Below are positions 1 through 9,414 of a stretch of 27,679 nt of DNA, one piece after another. The position numbers were made by a program, and so were the translations under genes. This DNA comes from Sulfurimonadaceae bacterium (GTDB lineage Bacteria; Campylobacterota; Campylobacteria; Campylobacterales; Sulfurimonadaceae): assembly GCA_041562555.1 (NCBI GenBank), contig JBFEXS010000017.1:1-27679 (forward strand), in the 5' to 3' direction. The notes under the pieces were generated by a model. That model made no database searches, was not told where the DNA came from, and worked only from the letters and a program-made list of their open reading frames with translations. Position 1 is the stretch's first letter, and every line of letters begins with the position of its first letter.

Positions 1-423
1 GTATTGGCAGGAATCACAGCCACTATTTTAAATATTTCATCTAAAGCCAATAAACGTACCGAACATCTCTATTTTCAGGAACAAGCACAATTACTGGCAA
101 AAAGTGCCACAGAATTTGCTCTTTTAGCTGTTTCAGGACATGATAGACTCGGTAATTCATCCTGTATTCAGACTATCAATTCTCAATATCCCCCGGGAGC
201 TGACGCTTATTATGATATCAACACTACCATTCGTTACTTGGGACTTGATGTAGGAGCAGGAGCACCTACTGGAACATGTGCGACCAATAGTATTGGGCCC
301 GCTATTTCTACTACTCAATCTCAAGGGACGCTGCTTATTGATGTATATGTCACAAGTATCAATGCAAATTTAGGAATGAATGAGACAATATCCTATCACC
401 GTCGTACCATGCAGAAACCATAA
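1..423 (+). CDS. 5'-truncated pilin-like/type II secretion (PilX-like) protein, C-terminal part
   Basis: Frame is open from the window edge. Tail of a hydrophobic segment is followed by 'YFQEQAQLLAKSATEFALL', resembling the PilX/GspK-type helix. It has two Cys and ends RRTMQKP. True start lies upstream of the window. Confidence 0.5.
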   Translation, partial: VLAGITATILNISSKANKRTEHLYFQEQAQLLAKSATEFALLAVSGHDRLGNSSCIQTINSQYPPGADAYYDINTTIRYLGLDVGAGAPTGTCATNSIGPAISTTQSQGTLLIDVYVTSINANLGMNETISYHRRTMQKP

Positions 424-437
424 CCGGTTTCTACTTT
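414..437 (+). terminator. possible intrinsic terminator
   Basis: GAAACC-ataacc-GGTTTC inverted repeat spanning the stop codon, followed by TACTTT. Confidence 0.35.
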
Positions 438-482
438 AAAACAATTTCCTCTCCTCCTCTGGACATATTCCTCATAAGCTAC

Positions 483-527
483 CTTAAGAATTGTCTCGTT
501 ATAATCTAATAACTTTGTAACAAAGGA
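483..527 (+). promoter_or_regulatory. sigma70-type promoter and RBS of hpf
   Basis: CTTAAG at 483-488, TATAAT at 500-505, and AAGGA SD at 523-527 before ATG 533. Confidence 0.6.
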
Positions 528-532
528 TACCT

Positions 533-1078
533 ATGAATATTAGTATGGTTGGGCGTCATGTCGAATTAACTGACGCGATTAAGCAACAGATCGAGGCTTC
601 AATTGATTCATTAAGCAAATTTAACTTAGATATTATCTCCGTTCGTGCCATTGCCTCAGGCGAAGAGAAAAAAGGGCATAAAGGAAAAGGTGTAAGTATT
701 GAGTTCACTATCAACCTTCCTAACAAAAACACTATCGTGATCAAGCAAAGTGACGATGATCTCTATGCTGCTATCGATGTTGCGGCTTCACGTGCACAAA
801 AAGCACTGCGCCGTCATCATGATCGTATCCGAGATCATAAAAAAGAGGGGATCAATGAAGCGAAATCAGCTTCCGTCGGTATTAATATGAGTGCGGAAAG
901 AGAAGCTATCGAAGATGAGATCGTTCCCCATGATCTGGAACTTCACAAGCCCCTGGAAGTACAGGATGTCTTAGAGAATCTCAAAGCGACAGACAAACAG
1001 TTTGAAATCTTTAATGATATTGACGGTAAGACTCGTGTACTATATAAGCGTAATGACGGCAGGTTTGGACTCTACTGA
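533..1078 (+). CDS. hpf: ribosome hibernation promoting factor (long HPF / RaiA family)
   Basis: MNISMVGRHVELTDAIK and DDLYAAIDVA (S30AE domain), plus C-terminal VLYKRNDGRFGLY typical of long HPF. Confidence 0.93.
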   Translation: MNISMVGRHVELTDAIKQQIEASIDSLSKFNLDIISVRAIASGEEKKGHKGKGVSIEFTINLPNKNTIVIKQSDDDLYAAIDVAASRAQKALRRHHDRIRDHKKEGINEAKSASVGINMSAEREAIEDEIVPHDLELHKPLEVQDVLENLKATDKQFEIFNDIDGKTRVLYKRNDGRFGLY

Positions 1079-1103
1079 AGAGTAAACAAGAGTCTTTACT
1101 CTT
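1078..1103. terminator. hairpin between convergent hpf and recG
   Basis: Perfect 9-bp inverted repeat AAGAGTAAA (1078-1086) / TTTACTCTT (1095-1103) with an 8-nt loop. Confidence 0.55.
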
Positions 1104-2907
1104 GTTCCTTCATATACTTCTGAACCTTGGCTATTAACGCTTCATCCTCTGCCATATCTACAAATTTAAAACTTTCACCGCTTTGTTCATTACCGCTCAA
1201 AAGATCACCGCTCTTTCGATACTCTAAATCCAGCTTAGCTATATCAAAACCGCTCAATGTATTTGAAAATGATTCTAGACGTTTTGAGGTCTCGACATTG
1301 GTATAGAGATAGCAATAACCCTTTAATCCTGTTCGACTCACCCGCCCTCTGAGTTGGTGCAGTGTAGACAAGCCAAGACGTTCAGCACCTACGATAACCA
1401 CCGTCGTCAATTGGGGTAAAGAGATCCCAACTTCTACGACCGTAGTAGCCAAGAGGATAGTCCCCTTTTCTCTAAACTCATACAGTACTTTCTCTTTTTC
1501 TTTGTCCTTTCCATGCGTTACATAGACATTCTCAAAACGATGCTGCCAAAAGGCTTTTGCCTCGTCTATACTCTGATATGCAATAAACTCACTCTCTTCC
1601 ACCAGAGGATAGACGATCAATATCTGATGTCCCTTTGAAATCTCATCATTAATATGTTCTAAAAGCTCAGGAAAGTCCGCCTTATGGATGACTTCTGTAT
1701 CAATATCTTTGACAAAAGGTGTCTGCGTTATCAGGGAGACATCCAATAGTGCTGAGTTGATCATCGCCTGGGTACGGGGTATCGGAGTAGCTGAGAACTG
1801 TAAAAAATGCGGTCTGGCCTTGTGCCGCTGCATCATCTTCGAAAGCTTGTTGCGCTGTGCCGTGCCAAAACGATGCTGTTCATCAATCATGACCAAAGCA
1901 ACTTCTCTTAACTCTCTATATAAAAGAGCATGCGTTCCTATGGTGAAGTCATACTGATTCAGATCCTCTTTTTTACTTTTATTCGTCACCAAGGCGATCT
2001 TCATATCATTCGGCAAAAATTTTTGTGCTTCTTCATAAAGCTGATTTGCCAAAACCGTTGTCGGAGCCATCAAAAGTGAACCATGTTCTCTTGCCAAATA
2101 CGCCGATGCCAGAATAACCATCGTTTTTCCTGCACCGACATCTCCTACTATCATCCGTTTGGCAGCGGTATCCTTTCTCATATCCTTTTGTATCTTCTTA
2201 ATGGCCCGTAATTGATCCTCTGTGAGCTGAAAAGGTAGACTCTTAACCCATGGGTCTATATCCATATCTATTTGCTTGAGTGCTGGATATGACTCCTTTT
2301 TCTTGGAGAGAATATTCAAATGATTATAAAGCTCTGCAAACTTCAGTGCATCCAGATTAGTGCTATATGCCTCGCTTCCCTTCTTAGGTGGTAAGCCATG
2401 GGGAAAATGCAGCTCGATCAATCTTTCGCAGACATCTTCTGGAAGTCCCTCGGATAACAAGGTCTGAACAGACAGGTATTGCGCGACGAACTTGCTCATA
2501 AGATCGGTCCGGATGGCTGTTTTATATTTTGCAACTATACCTCCAGACTCACTCACAACTCTTGGTTGTATGATCTGAAGATTTGAAAAGTTCATCTCTA
2601 CTTTTCCAAATAAGAAGAGTCTTTGCTTGGGTATGAACTGCCGTTTGTGATAGGGTTTAGGTTGAAAGATGACAGCTTCCATCTGTGTGTTAAAATTGAA
2701 ACAGAAAAGCTTGAGTTTAATAAACTTTATAGACTGGGTAAACGACAGGATCTCGACATCCAGGAGTTGAGAATCACCGATGCGAGGCGTGGTATAAAGA
2801 TTTCGATCCTCATAGGAAACAGGGAGAATCAATGCGAGTTCAATGCAGTTTCGGATTCCTAGTTTGGAAAGTTTAGGAAGATCCTTCTCATCAACCCCAC
2901 ACTTCAT
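1096..2907 (-). CDS. recG: ATP-dependent DNA helicase RecG
   Basis: GDVGAGKT (Walker A), DEQHRFG, SATPIPRT, TTVVEVGI and LHQLRGRV motifs; N-terminal wedge domain. Confidence 0.96.
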   Translation of the reverse strand: MKCGVDEKDLPKLSKLGIRNCIELALILPVSYEDRNLYTTPRIGDSQLLDVEILSFTQSIKFIKLKLFCFNFNTQMEAVIFQPKPYHKRQFIPKQRLFLFGKVEMNFSNLQIIQPRVVSESGGIVAKYKTAIRTDLMSKFVAQYLSVQTLLSEGLPEDVCERLIELHFPHGLPPKKGSEAYSTNLDALKFAELYNHLNILSKKKESYPALKQIDMDIDPWVKSLPFQLTEDQLRAIKKIQKDMRKDTAAKRMIVGDVGAGKTMVILASAYLAREHGSLLMAPTTVLANQLYEEAQKFLPNDMKIALVTNKSKKEDLNQYDFTIGTHALLYRELREVALVMIDEQHRFGTAQRNKLSKMMQRHKARPHFLQFSATPIPRTQAMINSALLDVSLITQTPFVKDIDTEVIHKADFPELLEHINDEISKGHQILIVYPLVEESEFIAYQSIDEAKAFWQHRFENVYVTHGKDKEKEKVLYEFREKGTILLATTVVEVGISLPQLTTVVIVGAERLGLSTLHQLRGRVSRTGLKGYCYLYTNVETSKRLESFSNTLSGFDIAKLDLEYRKSGDLLSGNEQSGESFKFVDMAEDEALIAKVQKYMKEQE

Positions 2908-2911
2908 CTAT

Positions 2912-4195
2912 CTATTCAGTGACAATCGCATAAGAGAGGTCAAGTATCTCTTTATGCTTCGCAATAAAAGCATTGAGATCATTAAGTTCCAAGGCCTGGA
3001 TCTTTTCAAGTTCTAATTGAGCATTGTTGAGCGGTGCTCCTTTATAATAATCCATAAACGTACGTCCCAGACGCTGTGAAAGTGTCTCTACACGTAAGGG
3101 TTCACTTCCCAGCAGAAACTTCTTCGCCTGATCCAGTTCCTCTTGTGTCACACCCTTTTCTACAAAGGTCCTGATCACTTCGTTTACTGACTTCTGCGCC
3201 TCGTCCTGAGATTCAAGTTTTGTCTGAAGGTACCCAGAGAAATAAGCATTCGTCTTATTCACATGAAGACGTCCGTAAGCAGAATATGCAAGACCTTTTT
3301 TGACACGAATCTCTTCCATCAGACGTGAGCCAAATCCGCTGGATCCAAGGATAAAGATCGCGACGCGGGATTTGTAATACTCTTCATCCTCTGTTCTCAT
3401 ATGAAAAGGTGAACCAAAATATACATAAGCCTGCTCGGTCTTCTTACGTACGATCTCTTCTTGTGGTTTTGAGCTGACCTCGAAATAAGGAAGTGCTTCA
3501 TTCTCACCCTTTTTCATTCCCTCTAGTACTCTATGTACCGTCTGCTGCGCCTCACTCTGAGAGATATCACCGCCGATGACACAGATAGCACGTTCACTTA
3601 CAATATGTTCTTCAATAAATGATTTGATGGTCTTCAGATCGATCTTGCTCACACTCTCTTCCGTTCCCATATTCGGTAAAGCCATAACCGTGTTCTTAAA
3701 CAGAAGCTCTTTGAGTGTCTTGCCTGCTACATAATCAAAATCCGTATTTTTGCGCTGGATCTCTCCAAGAGTCTGCGTCTTGACTTTCTCTAAGGCCGTC
3801 ACATCTAGGTTTGGATCTTGCAAAAGTGAACGGAGTGCATCAACGCCCTCTTCAAAATGCTCTTTTAGACAGGAAAGCTCAAATACGAATGTCTCGCCTC
3901 CCGCCGTTGCCGAAATATGGATCGCCTTGGCATCCAAACGTTCAGAGAATGCTTTGCTTCCCAATGCTTTCGTCCCCTCACCGTACAGCTTTGAAACTGC
4001 ACGGGCCAATCCAGCATGCTTGGTATTGGCAATCGAACCGGCATTTTGAAAGACCAGTTGCATCGACACAATCGGCAACCGATTATCTTGTTCAAACACT
4101 AAAGGCACTTGCGTACCATTGACATCTACTTTTAAAACTTCACTTCCCATCATTACCTCACATATTAATACAAGCGCTAATATCACTCTTTTCAC
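2912..4195 (-). CDS. M16 family (pitrilysin-like) peptidase, exported, lacking HxxEH
   Basis: Signal-like N-terminus; LPIVSMQLVF..AGS; GFGSRLMEEIRVKKGLAYS motif. Lies between mqnC and recG as in other Campylobacterota. Confidence 0.9.
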   Translation of the reverse strand: MKRVILALVLICEVMMGSEVLKVDVNGTQVPLVFEQDNRLPIVSMQLVFQNAGSIANTKHAGLARAVSKLYGEGTKALGSKAFSERLDAKAIHISATAGGETFVFELSCLKEHFEEGVDALRSLLQDPNLDVTALEKVKTQTLGEIQRKNTDFDYVAGKTLKELLFKNTVMALPNMGTEESVSKIDLKTIKSFIEEHIVSERAICVIGGDISQSEAQQTVHRVLEGMKKGENEALPYFEVSSKPQEEIVRKKTEQAYVYFGSPFHMRTEDEEYYKSRVAIFILGSSGFGSRLMEEIRVKKGLAYSAYGRLHVNKTNAYFSGYLQTKLESQDEAQKSVNEVIRTFVEKGVTQEELDQAKKFLLGSEPLRVETLSQRLGRTFMDYYKGAPLNNAQLELEKIQALELNDLNAFIAKHKEILDLSYAIVTE

Positions 4196-5241
4196 GCAAA
4201 CATCTCCAATGTCTCATAAGCTGTATTGCGGATTGCCGGTGTCTCGCCAATATCTGCGATCAAACGGACCATCTCATCCTTGGCCATTCTAAACCCGGCT
4301 CCGGCGCTTCTGACAACATTCTCTTCCATCATCGTCGAACCCAGATCATTCGCTCCAAACTTCAATGCCATCTGACCGATATACGGACCCTGTGTCACCC
4401 AGGAGCTTTGAATGTTCGGTACATTGTCCAAAAACAGTCTTGATACCGCCAGGAGACGCAGATAACGGTTTGATGATGGTTTCTCGATGTCCGGGATCTC
4501 CTCAGCCAATTGAGTGTTTTTCCCTTGAAATGACCACATGATAAACGCCCTAAAACCGCCTGTCTCATCTTGAAGCTTGCGTACCATGTTCCAGTGTTCG
4601 ACAATCTCTTCATCGGTCTCAACGGTACCGAACATCATTGTCGCTGTCGATTTGATACCCAATTTATGTGCTTGTCTGTGCACATCGATCCAAACCTCTG
4701 AATCATGCTTCTTGGGTGCGATGATATCCCTGACCCTGTCTGAAAGTATTTCTGCACCGGCTCCCGGTATAGAGGAGAGTCCCTTGTCTTTCAAACGCTG
4801 AAGGACTTCCTGGATCGAGATCTTCGAAATCTTTGCGATAAAATCAAGTTCGATCGCCGAAAAGGCATGAATGGTGATCTGCGGATACTTCTCATGGATA
4901 TGTCCGACCAGATCCTCGTAAAAGTCGATCTTTAATTTTGGGTGCACACCCCCTTGGAAAAGTATCTGTGTCCCGCCAATGGCCACCAGTTCATCAATCT
5001 TCTGATCAATTTCCTCATGACTCAGTATGTATGCGTCATCATCTTTTGCATGGCGATAGAAGGCACAAAACTTACAATCTACCCAACAGACATTGGTGTA
5101 GTTGATATTTCTGTCGACAATAAACGTCGTGATGCCCTTTGGATGTAACTCTTTCTTCTTGGCACTTGCCATCTTCCCAAGCTCTTTTAAATCTGCATTA
5201 CGTATAAGATCGAGTGCCTCTTCAGGTGTCATTCTTGCCAC
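4192..5241 (-). CDS. mqnC: dehypoxanthine futalosine cyclase (radical SAM, futalosine menaquinone pathway)
   Basis: DRNINYTNVCWVDCKFCAF (CxxxCxxC), QGGVHP, SIPGAGAEIL and GSTMMEENVV; GTG start. Confidence 0.93.
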   Translation of the reverse strand: MARMTPEEALDLIRNADLKELGKMASAKKKELHPKGITTFIVDRNINYTNVCWVDCKFCAFYRHAKDDDAYILSHEEIDQKIDELVAIGGTQILFQGGVHPKLKIDFYEDLVGHIHEKYPQITIHAFSAIELDFIAKISKISIQEVLQRLKDKGLSSIPGAGAEILSDRVRDIIAPKKHDSEVWIDVHRQAHKLGIKSTATMMFGTVETDEEIVEHWNMVRKLQDETGGFRAFIMWSFQGKNTQLAEEIPDIEKPSSNRYLRLLAVSRLFLDNVPNIQSSWVTQGPYIGQMALKFGANDLGSTMMEENVVRSAGAGFRMAKDEMVRLIADIGETPAIRNTAYETLEMFA

Positions 5242-5687
5242 TATTTTTCCTTTCTACGCGATTTATCTGTTATGTTGTTCATTCCTGTATTGACCTTATT
5301 AGTCAGATCATCTGAAGCTAAAAAGTGATGATCTTTGATCCACGATCCATCTCTGTATACAATCTTAACCTTATCTTTCTCACGATAAACTAAAATTTTC
5401 AAAGGTAAGTCCAAAGCGATCTGGCTGTTTTCTTGCATAAGAAGTGTACCGATCTTTGGGTTTCCAAAGATGATCACCTGAGACTCATCCAGTTTAAGCC
5501 CTGCTTTAACGGCATTTGCTTGATGATCGATGACAGCAAAGACGCTGAATCCCTTTGCTTCAACGATCCTTTTGATATTTTCTATGGTCTGAGCAACTCC
5601 GAATTCACTCTCCTTGACAATCATATCATTCGCCATAAGTGATAGATTCACTACTATCATCAGAAAAAATGCTTTCATTACCATCAT
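5241..5687 (-). CDS. DUF302 domain-containing exported protein
   Basis: KGFSVFAVIDHQANA, IIFGNPKIGTLLMQ and ALDLPLKILV are the DUF302 signature. Signal peptide present; the true start may be the ATG at 5678 given SD spacing. Confidence 0.88.
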   Translation of the reverse strand: MMVMKAFFLMIVVNLSLMANDMIVKESEFGVAQTIENIKRIVEAKGFSVFAVIDHQANAVKAGLKLDESQVIIFGNPKIGTLLMQENSQIALDLPLKILVYREKDKVKIVYRDGSWIKDHHFLASDDLTNKVNTGMNNITDKSRRKEK

Positions 5688-5844
5688 CCTCTTTGGTTTC
5701 GTTGTTTAAAAAATATATAGAATATCCGGATGCTTACAAGTGCCCTAACATCTACAGCCAAACTCCTGGTTTGATGATCTTATCAAGCCTGGGACCATAA
5801 ACCTTCTGGAACAGGATAATACTCTTGGGGACCTTTATGACATA

Positions 5845-5868
5845 AGACACAAAGGATAGAAGATCCTT
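5845..5868 (-). terminator. possible terminator after nusB
   Basis: Minus strand AAGGAT-cttct-ATCCTT followed by TGTGTCTT, just downstream of the nusB stop. Confidence 0.4.
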
Positions 5869-5875
5869 CATGGAC

Positions 5876-6274
5876 TTACTTTGACTTGGAGATAGCGTCC
5901 AGAACACCATTTATAAATTTTGGGGATTGCTCTGTTCCAAAAGCTTTTGTGATCTCGATAGCCTCATTGATCACCACCGGTGCATCAAGGTTTCCAAAAA
6001 GGATTTCATAGGCTCCCAAACGAAGTGTTGCTCTCTCTATCGAACCCAAGCGATCAAAATCCCAATCTGTAAGATTGGCAATGATACTTTCATCAATCTT
6101 TTCAAGGTTATCCATCACACCTTTAAAAAGTGCCAGAGCAAACTCACGCTGTTTATTACGGATCTTCTTCTCTTCCAGGATCTCATCCGAAAAGTCGGCG
6201 ATACTTTGATTCCCAAGGTCATGGGCATATAATAGGCTTACTACGGCCATTCGAGCATGATGACGTGTCGCCAT
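5876..6274 (-). CDS. nusB: transcription antitermination factor NusB
   Basis: [29 protein letters not shown] and FINGVLD; overlaps the ribH stop. Confidence 0.96.
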   Translation of the reverse strand: MATRHHARMAVVSLLYAHDLGNQSIADFSDEILEEKKIRNKQREFALALFKGVMDNLEKIDESIIANLTDWDFDRLGSIERATLRLGAYEILFGNLDAPVVINEAIEITKAFGTEQSPKFINGVLDAISKSK

Positions 6275-6744
6275 TATGCATCAATCTCGGCATATAGGTT
6301 CAACATCTCAACTACAGTCAACATCGCTTCTGCACCTTTGTTTCCTGCTTTTGAACCTGCGCGTTCAATCGCTTGTTCTATCGTATCTACCGTCAAGACA
6401 CCGAAAGCGACCGGTTTTCCGTATTTAAGCGCAACTGATGCGACACCCTTTGTCGCTTCTGCTGAGATATAATCAAAGTGCGGTGTCGCACCACGGATAA
6501 CAGCACCTAAACAACACACTCCGTCATATTTACCTGAAGCCAAAGCCTTCTCTAAAGCAAGAGGTACTTCGAAGGCACCCGGAACAAGGATCAGATCAAG
6601 ATCTTCGGCATTACCGCCATGACGTACATAAGCATCTTTTGCACCCTCAACCAAACGGTCAGTGATAATGTGATTGAAACGACCATTGATAATCGCGACC
6701 TTTTTACCTTGCGGTACTTGGATTTTACCTTCTATGATATTCAT
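6274..6744 (-). CDS. ribH: 6,7-dimethyl-8-ribityllumazine synthase
   Basis: [29 protein letters not shown] and [10 protein letters not shown] motifs. Confidence 0.97.
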   Translation of the reverse strand: MNIIEGKIQVPQGKKVAIINGRFNHIITDRLVEGAKDAYVRHGGNAEDLDLILVPGAFEVPLALEKALASGKYDGVCCLGAVIRGATPHFDYISAEATKGVASVALKYGKPVAFGVLTVDTIEQAIERAGSKAGNKGAEAMLTVVEMLNLYAEIDA

Positions 6745-6866
6745 TCTACTTCCTTCGATCTAAAATATTTCATTGCCCAAAACAATGATGCGCACTGCTA
6801 TTCAAGCCTTATTGTCGCATTCTGTTAGAAGAGAAACACCCTTCTAATTAAAGTCATGTATTATAA

Positions 6867-7661
6867 CTAAGATACCTCTTTAATCTTCTGAAGCTTAATC
6901 ACAAGCTCCTGCAGCGCATCGAGTTTAATCATATTCGGACCATCCGAAAGTGCAATACTCGGGTCAAAGTGGGTCTCAAAGAAGTATCCATCGACACCGA
7001 CAGCCGCCGCTGCTTTAGCAAGATAAGGAACCATCGATGAATCCCCGCCTGTCTTGCCGCCCGCTGCTCCTGGCATCTGTACCGAGTGGGTCGCATCAAA
7101 GATCACCGGAGCATAGTTTCTCATGATCACCAGAGAGCGCATATCAACGACAAGATTACCATATCCAAAAGTCGAACCGCGTTCACATAAAAAGACCTTG
7201 TGCTTGAGGGAATTCTCATAACTTGCTTCCTTACACCCACGGGTGTTAAGTACCTTAAGTACGGGATACTGCATGTCTACAGGAGAGAGGAACTGCCCCT
7301 TTTTGATATTGATGATACAATCTGTTTTTGCCGCTGCTACCAGAAGATCGGTCTGACGACATAGGAATGCAGGGATCTGAAGGACATCCACGACTTTTGC
7401 CACTGCTTCCACCTGATGACTTTCGTGTATGTCTGTAACGATCTTATAACCAAACCTGTCTTTGACCTTTTGCAAGATTCGCATCCCCTCTTCAAGACCG
7501 GGACCTCTAAAGCTTTCCAAAGAGGTACGATTTGCTTTGTCGAAACTCGCTTTAAAATAAAAATCGATCTCAGGGTTGTCATGATAAGGCTTAAGCGCCT
7601 CAGCAATCTTCATAATGTTCTCTTCACTCTCGATGACACAAGGGCCTGCAAAAATTACCAT
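6867..7661 (-). CDS. kdsA: 3-deoxy-8-phosphooctulonate (KDO8P) synthase
   Basis: AGPCVIES (metal-dependent Cys), [21 protein letters not shown] and DATHSVQ. Confidence 0.97.
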   Translation of the reverse strand: MVIFAGPCVIESEENIMKIAEALKPYHDNPEIDFYFKASFDKANRTSLESFRGPGLEEGMRILQKVKDRFGYKIVTDIHESHQVEAVAKVVDVLQIPAFLCRQTDLLVAAAKTDCIINIKKGQFLSPVDMQYPVLKVLNTRGCKEASYENSLKHKVFLCERGSTFGYGNLVVDMRSLVIMRNYAPVIFDATHSVQMPGAAGGKTGGDSSMVPYLAKAAAAVGVDGYFFETHFDPSIALSDGPNMIKLDALQELVIKLQKIKEVS

Positions 7662-7694
7662 TTCATATCCTTATTATAATCGTGTGATTATAGC

Positions 7695-8597
7695 TTATTT
7701 TTTGACGACTAATAAACCTGCCAAGAAAATAGCCCCTATTCCTAAGCTTGTCGTCAGATTTGGCAAGGCATCCCCCATAAAAAGACCTACGATGATGGCA
7801 AAAACAATATTGGAATACGAAATAGCCCCGACGATCCCTGCTTTTGTCTCACCATAGGCCTTTGTCATATAGACCTGGGCCAAGGTAGCAAAGAGTCCAA
7901 GACCGATAATATAACCCCATTCCTCCATTGAAGGCATAATAAAAGATGCAAACATGAAATCCAATTCAGAAATCTGTACATATGGTGCCAACCCGAGTAA
8001 AACCAAAGGGCCCAGCGTCCCAATCAGCATAAATGAAAGTACTATAGAACGTGTATCATAATAGGATTTCAATTCCCGTACCGAGGTATACGCCAAGGCT
8101 GCTCCAACCCCTGAAAAGATTCCAAGCAGATCCGTCTTCTTAAACAAAAGCCCTTCAGGCTGCATAATAAGGACAATACCTGCAAATCCTATGAACAAAG
8201 CCATCCACCCATATATGTTCATCTTCTCATGTAAAAACAGATACGCAAAAAATGCCGTAAACACAGGTGCCGTCTTGGAGAAGGTCATAGCATCTGCCAG
8301 GGAGATGTGGGCAATATTATAAAAAAATGCCAAGAGGGCCAAAAAACCCATCATACCCCTAAAGAAAAGTAAAAAAGGGCGTCCCCCTTCTTGCACCAGT
8401 GGTGTTTTGAACAGTGTGAATCCGATAAGAAAGACACCAAATACATTCCGAAAAAAGACCACTTCCAATGAGCTCATCGATTGACTCAGTTCTTTGGCAA
8501 AACCACCCATCAAGGCAAACATCAATGAGGCAAACAACATATACACGATGCCCTTATCGATCTTCGATATTTTCTCTTTCACACATTTTCCCAACAT
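7695..8597 (-). CDS. DMT/EamA family transporter
   Basis: About 10 hydrophobic segments in two EamA-like repeats (EVVFFRN, TAPVF). Start may be the GTG at 8582. Confidence 0.88.
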   Translation of the reverse strand: MLGKCVKEKISKIDKGIVYMLFASLMFALMGGFAKELSQSMSSLEVVFFRNVFGVFLIGFTLFKTPLVQEGGRPFLLFFRGMMGFLALLAFFYNIAHISLADAMTFSKTAPVFTAFFAYLFLHEKMNIYGWMALFIGFAGIVLIMQPEGLLFKKTDLLGIFSGVGAALAYTSVRELKSYYDTRSIVLSFMLIGTLGPLVLLGLAPYVQISELDFMFASFIMPSMEEWGYIIGLGLFATLAQVYMTKAYGETKAGIVGAISYSNIVFAIIVGLFMGDALPNLTTSLGIGAIFLAGLLVVKK

Positions 8598-8614
8598 TTA
8601 AAGTACAAAATTCT

Positions 8615-8622
8615 ATTATAAT
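8615..8622. promoter_or_regulatory. palindromic ATTATAAT giving a -10 box on both strands for the divergent DMT/djlA-like genes
   Basis: TATAAT on + (8617-8622) and on - (8615-8620) in a 58-bp divergent gap. Confidence 0.45.
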
Positions 8623-8655
8623 TCGTATTAGAAAGAACTATCATAAGGAAACTAT

Positions 8656-9414
8656 ATGCTTAACCTCATCATCTTTGGTATTTTGCTGTTTGTCTTTTAT
8701 CGTATATTCAAATCCTATCAGCGTTTTCAGCAGATCTATTATTCGAAAGAACAGTTTCAAAACATGCAGATCTCCAAAGAGGCAATTGCTGCCAGCGAAC
8801 TTGGGCTTTTTGTCGCCTTGTGTGCCAAAGTTGCAAAAGCAGATGGACGGATAGATGAATTGGAAGCCGAACTGATCGGAAACATGTTTACCGACATCTC
8901 AAAGGTATTTCCGGAGCCTCAACGTGTAAAAGAGTACCTGAAGGAGATCTTCTCCGAAGAAAAACAACGTCCTCGTAATGTAGACGCCGTTGTCTCACAA
9001 CTGTATATGCTTATACGCAATAACAGAGCCAAACGTCAGATGATGATGAGTTTTTTGATCAACATCGCCTTTATCGATGGAAAAGTCACCTCTTCTGAAG
9101 AGAACCTGCTGATGAAGATCGCCGCTTTTTTACACTTTAGCTCCAGCGAGTTCGAAACTATGATGGATCAGTTTCGATCCAGTTTTTCAGGGGCACAGGT
9201 ACATTCATCCCTCGAAGAAGCCTATAAGATTTTAGGAGCATCCCCTTCTGATGAACTCAAAGAAATCAAGAAGAAATATCGTTCTTTGGTCAAAAAATAT
9301 CACCCCGATATCATCCAGGCACAGGGGGCGAGCGATCATTACGTCCAAGATGCCACACGCAAGATCCAAGAGATCAATGATGCCTATGAAGTCATCAAAA
9401 AAGAGAGAGCTTAA
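8656..9414 (+). CDS. djlA: DjlA-like membrane co-chaperone (TM + TerB-like + C-terminal J domain)
   Basis: N-terminal TM; AKVAKADGRI (TerB-like); AYKILG...KKYHPD J-domain with HPD motif. Confidence 0.85.
   Translation: MLNLIIFGILLFVFYRIFKSYQRFQQIYYSKEQFQNMQISKEAIAASELGLFVALCAKVAKADGRIDELEAELIGNMFTDISKVFPEPQRVKEYLKEIFSEEKQRPRNVDAVVSQLYMLIRNNRAKRQMMMSFLINIAFIDGKVTSSEENLLMKIAAFLHFSSSEFETMMDQFRSSFSGAQVHSSLEEAYKILGASPSDELKEIKKKYRSLVKKYHPDIIQAQGASDHYVQDATRKIQEINDAYEVIKKERA

Noticed and set aside
2912..4195. M16 peptidase as a pseudogene because it lacks HxxEH
   Set aside because: The ORF is full length and intact; non-catalytic M16B subunits are normal.
5783..5875. CxxCH (CVLCH) heme-binding-like motif in frame after the nusB stop
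   Set aside because: It needs readthrough of TAA, has no start or export signal, and spans only 30 codons; most likely chance.
5700..5875. 6S RNA
   Set aside because: Size is compatible, but I could not build the long symmetric rod with a central bubble; kept only as an unexplained structured gap.
6745..6866. FMN riboswitch upstream of ribH (and of ribA at 24789-24893)
   Set aside because: The conserved RFN core sequences are absent, and the regions are too short and AT-rich.
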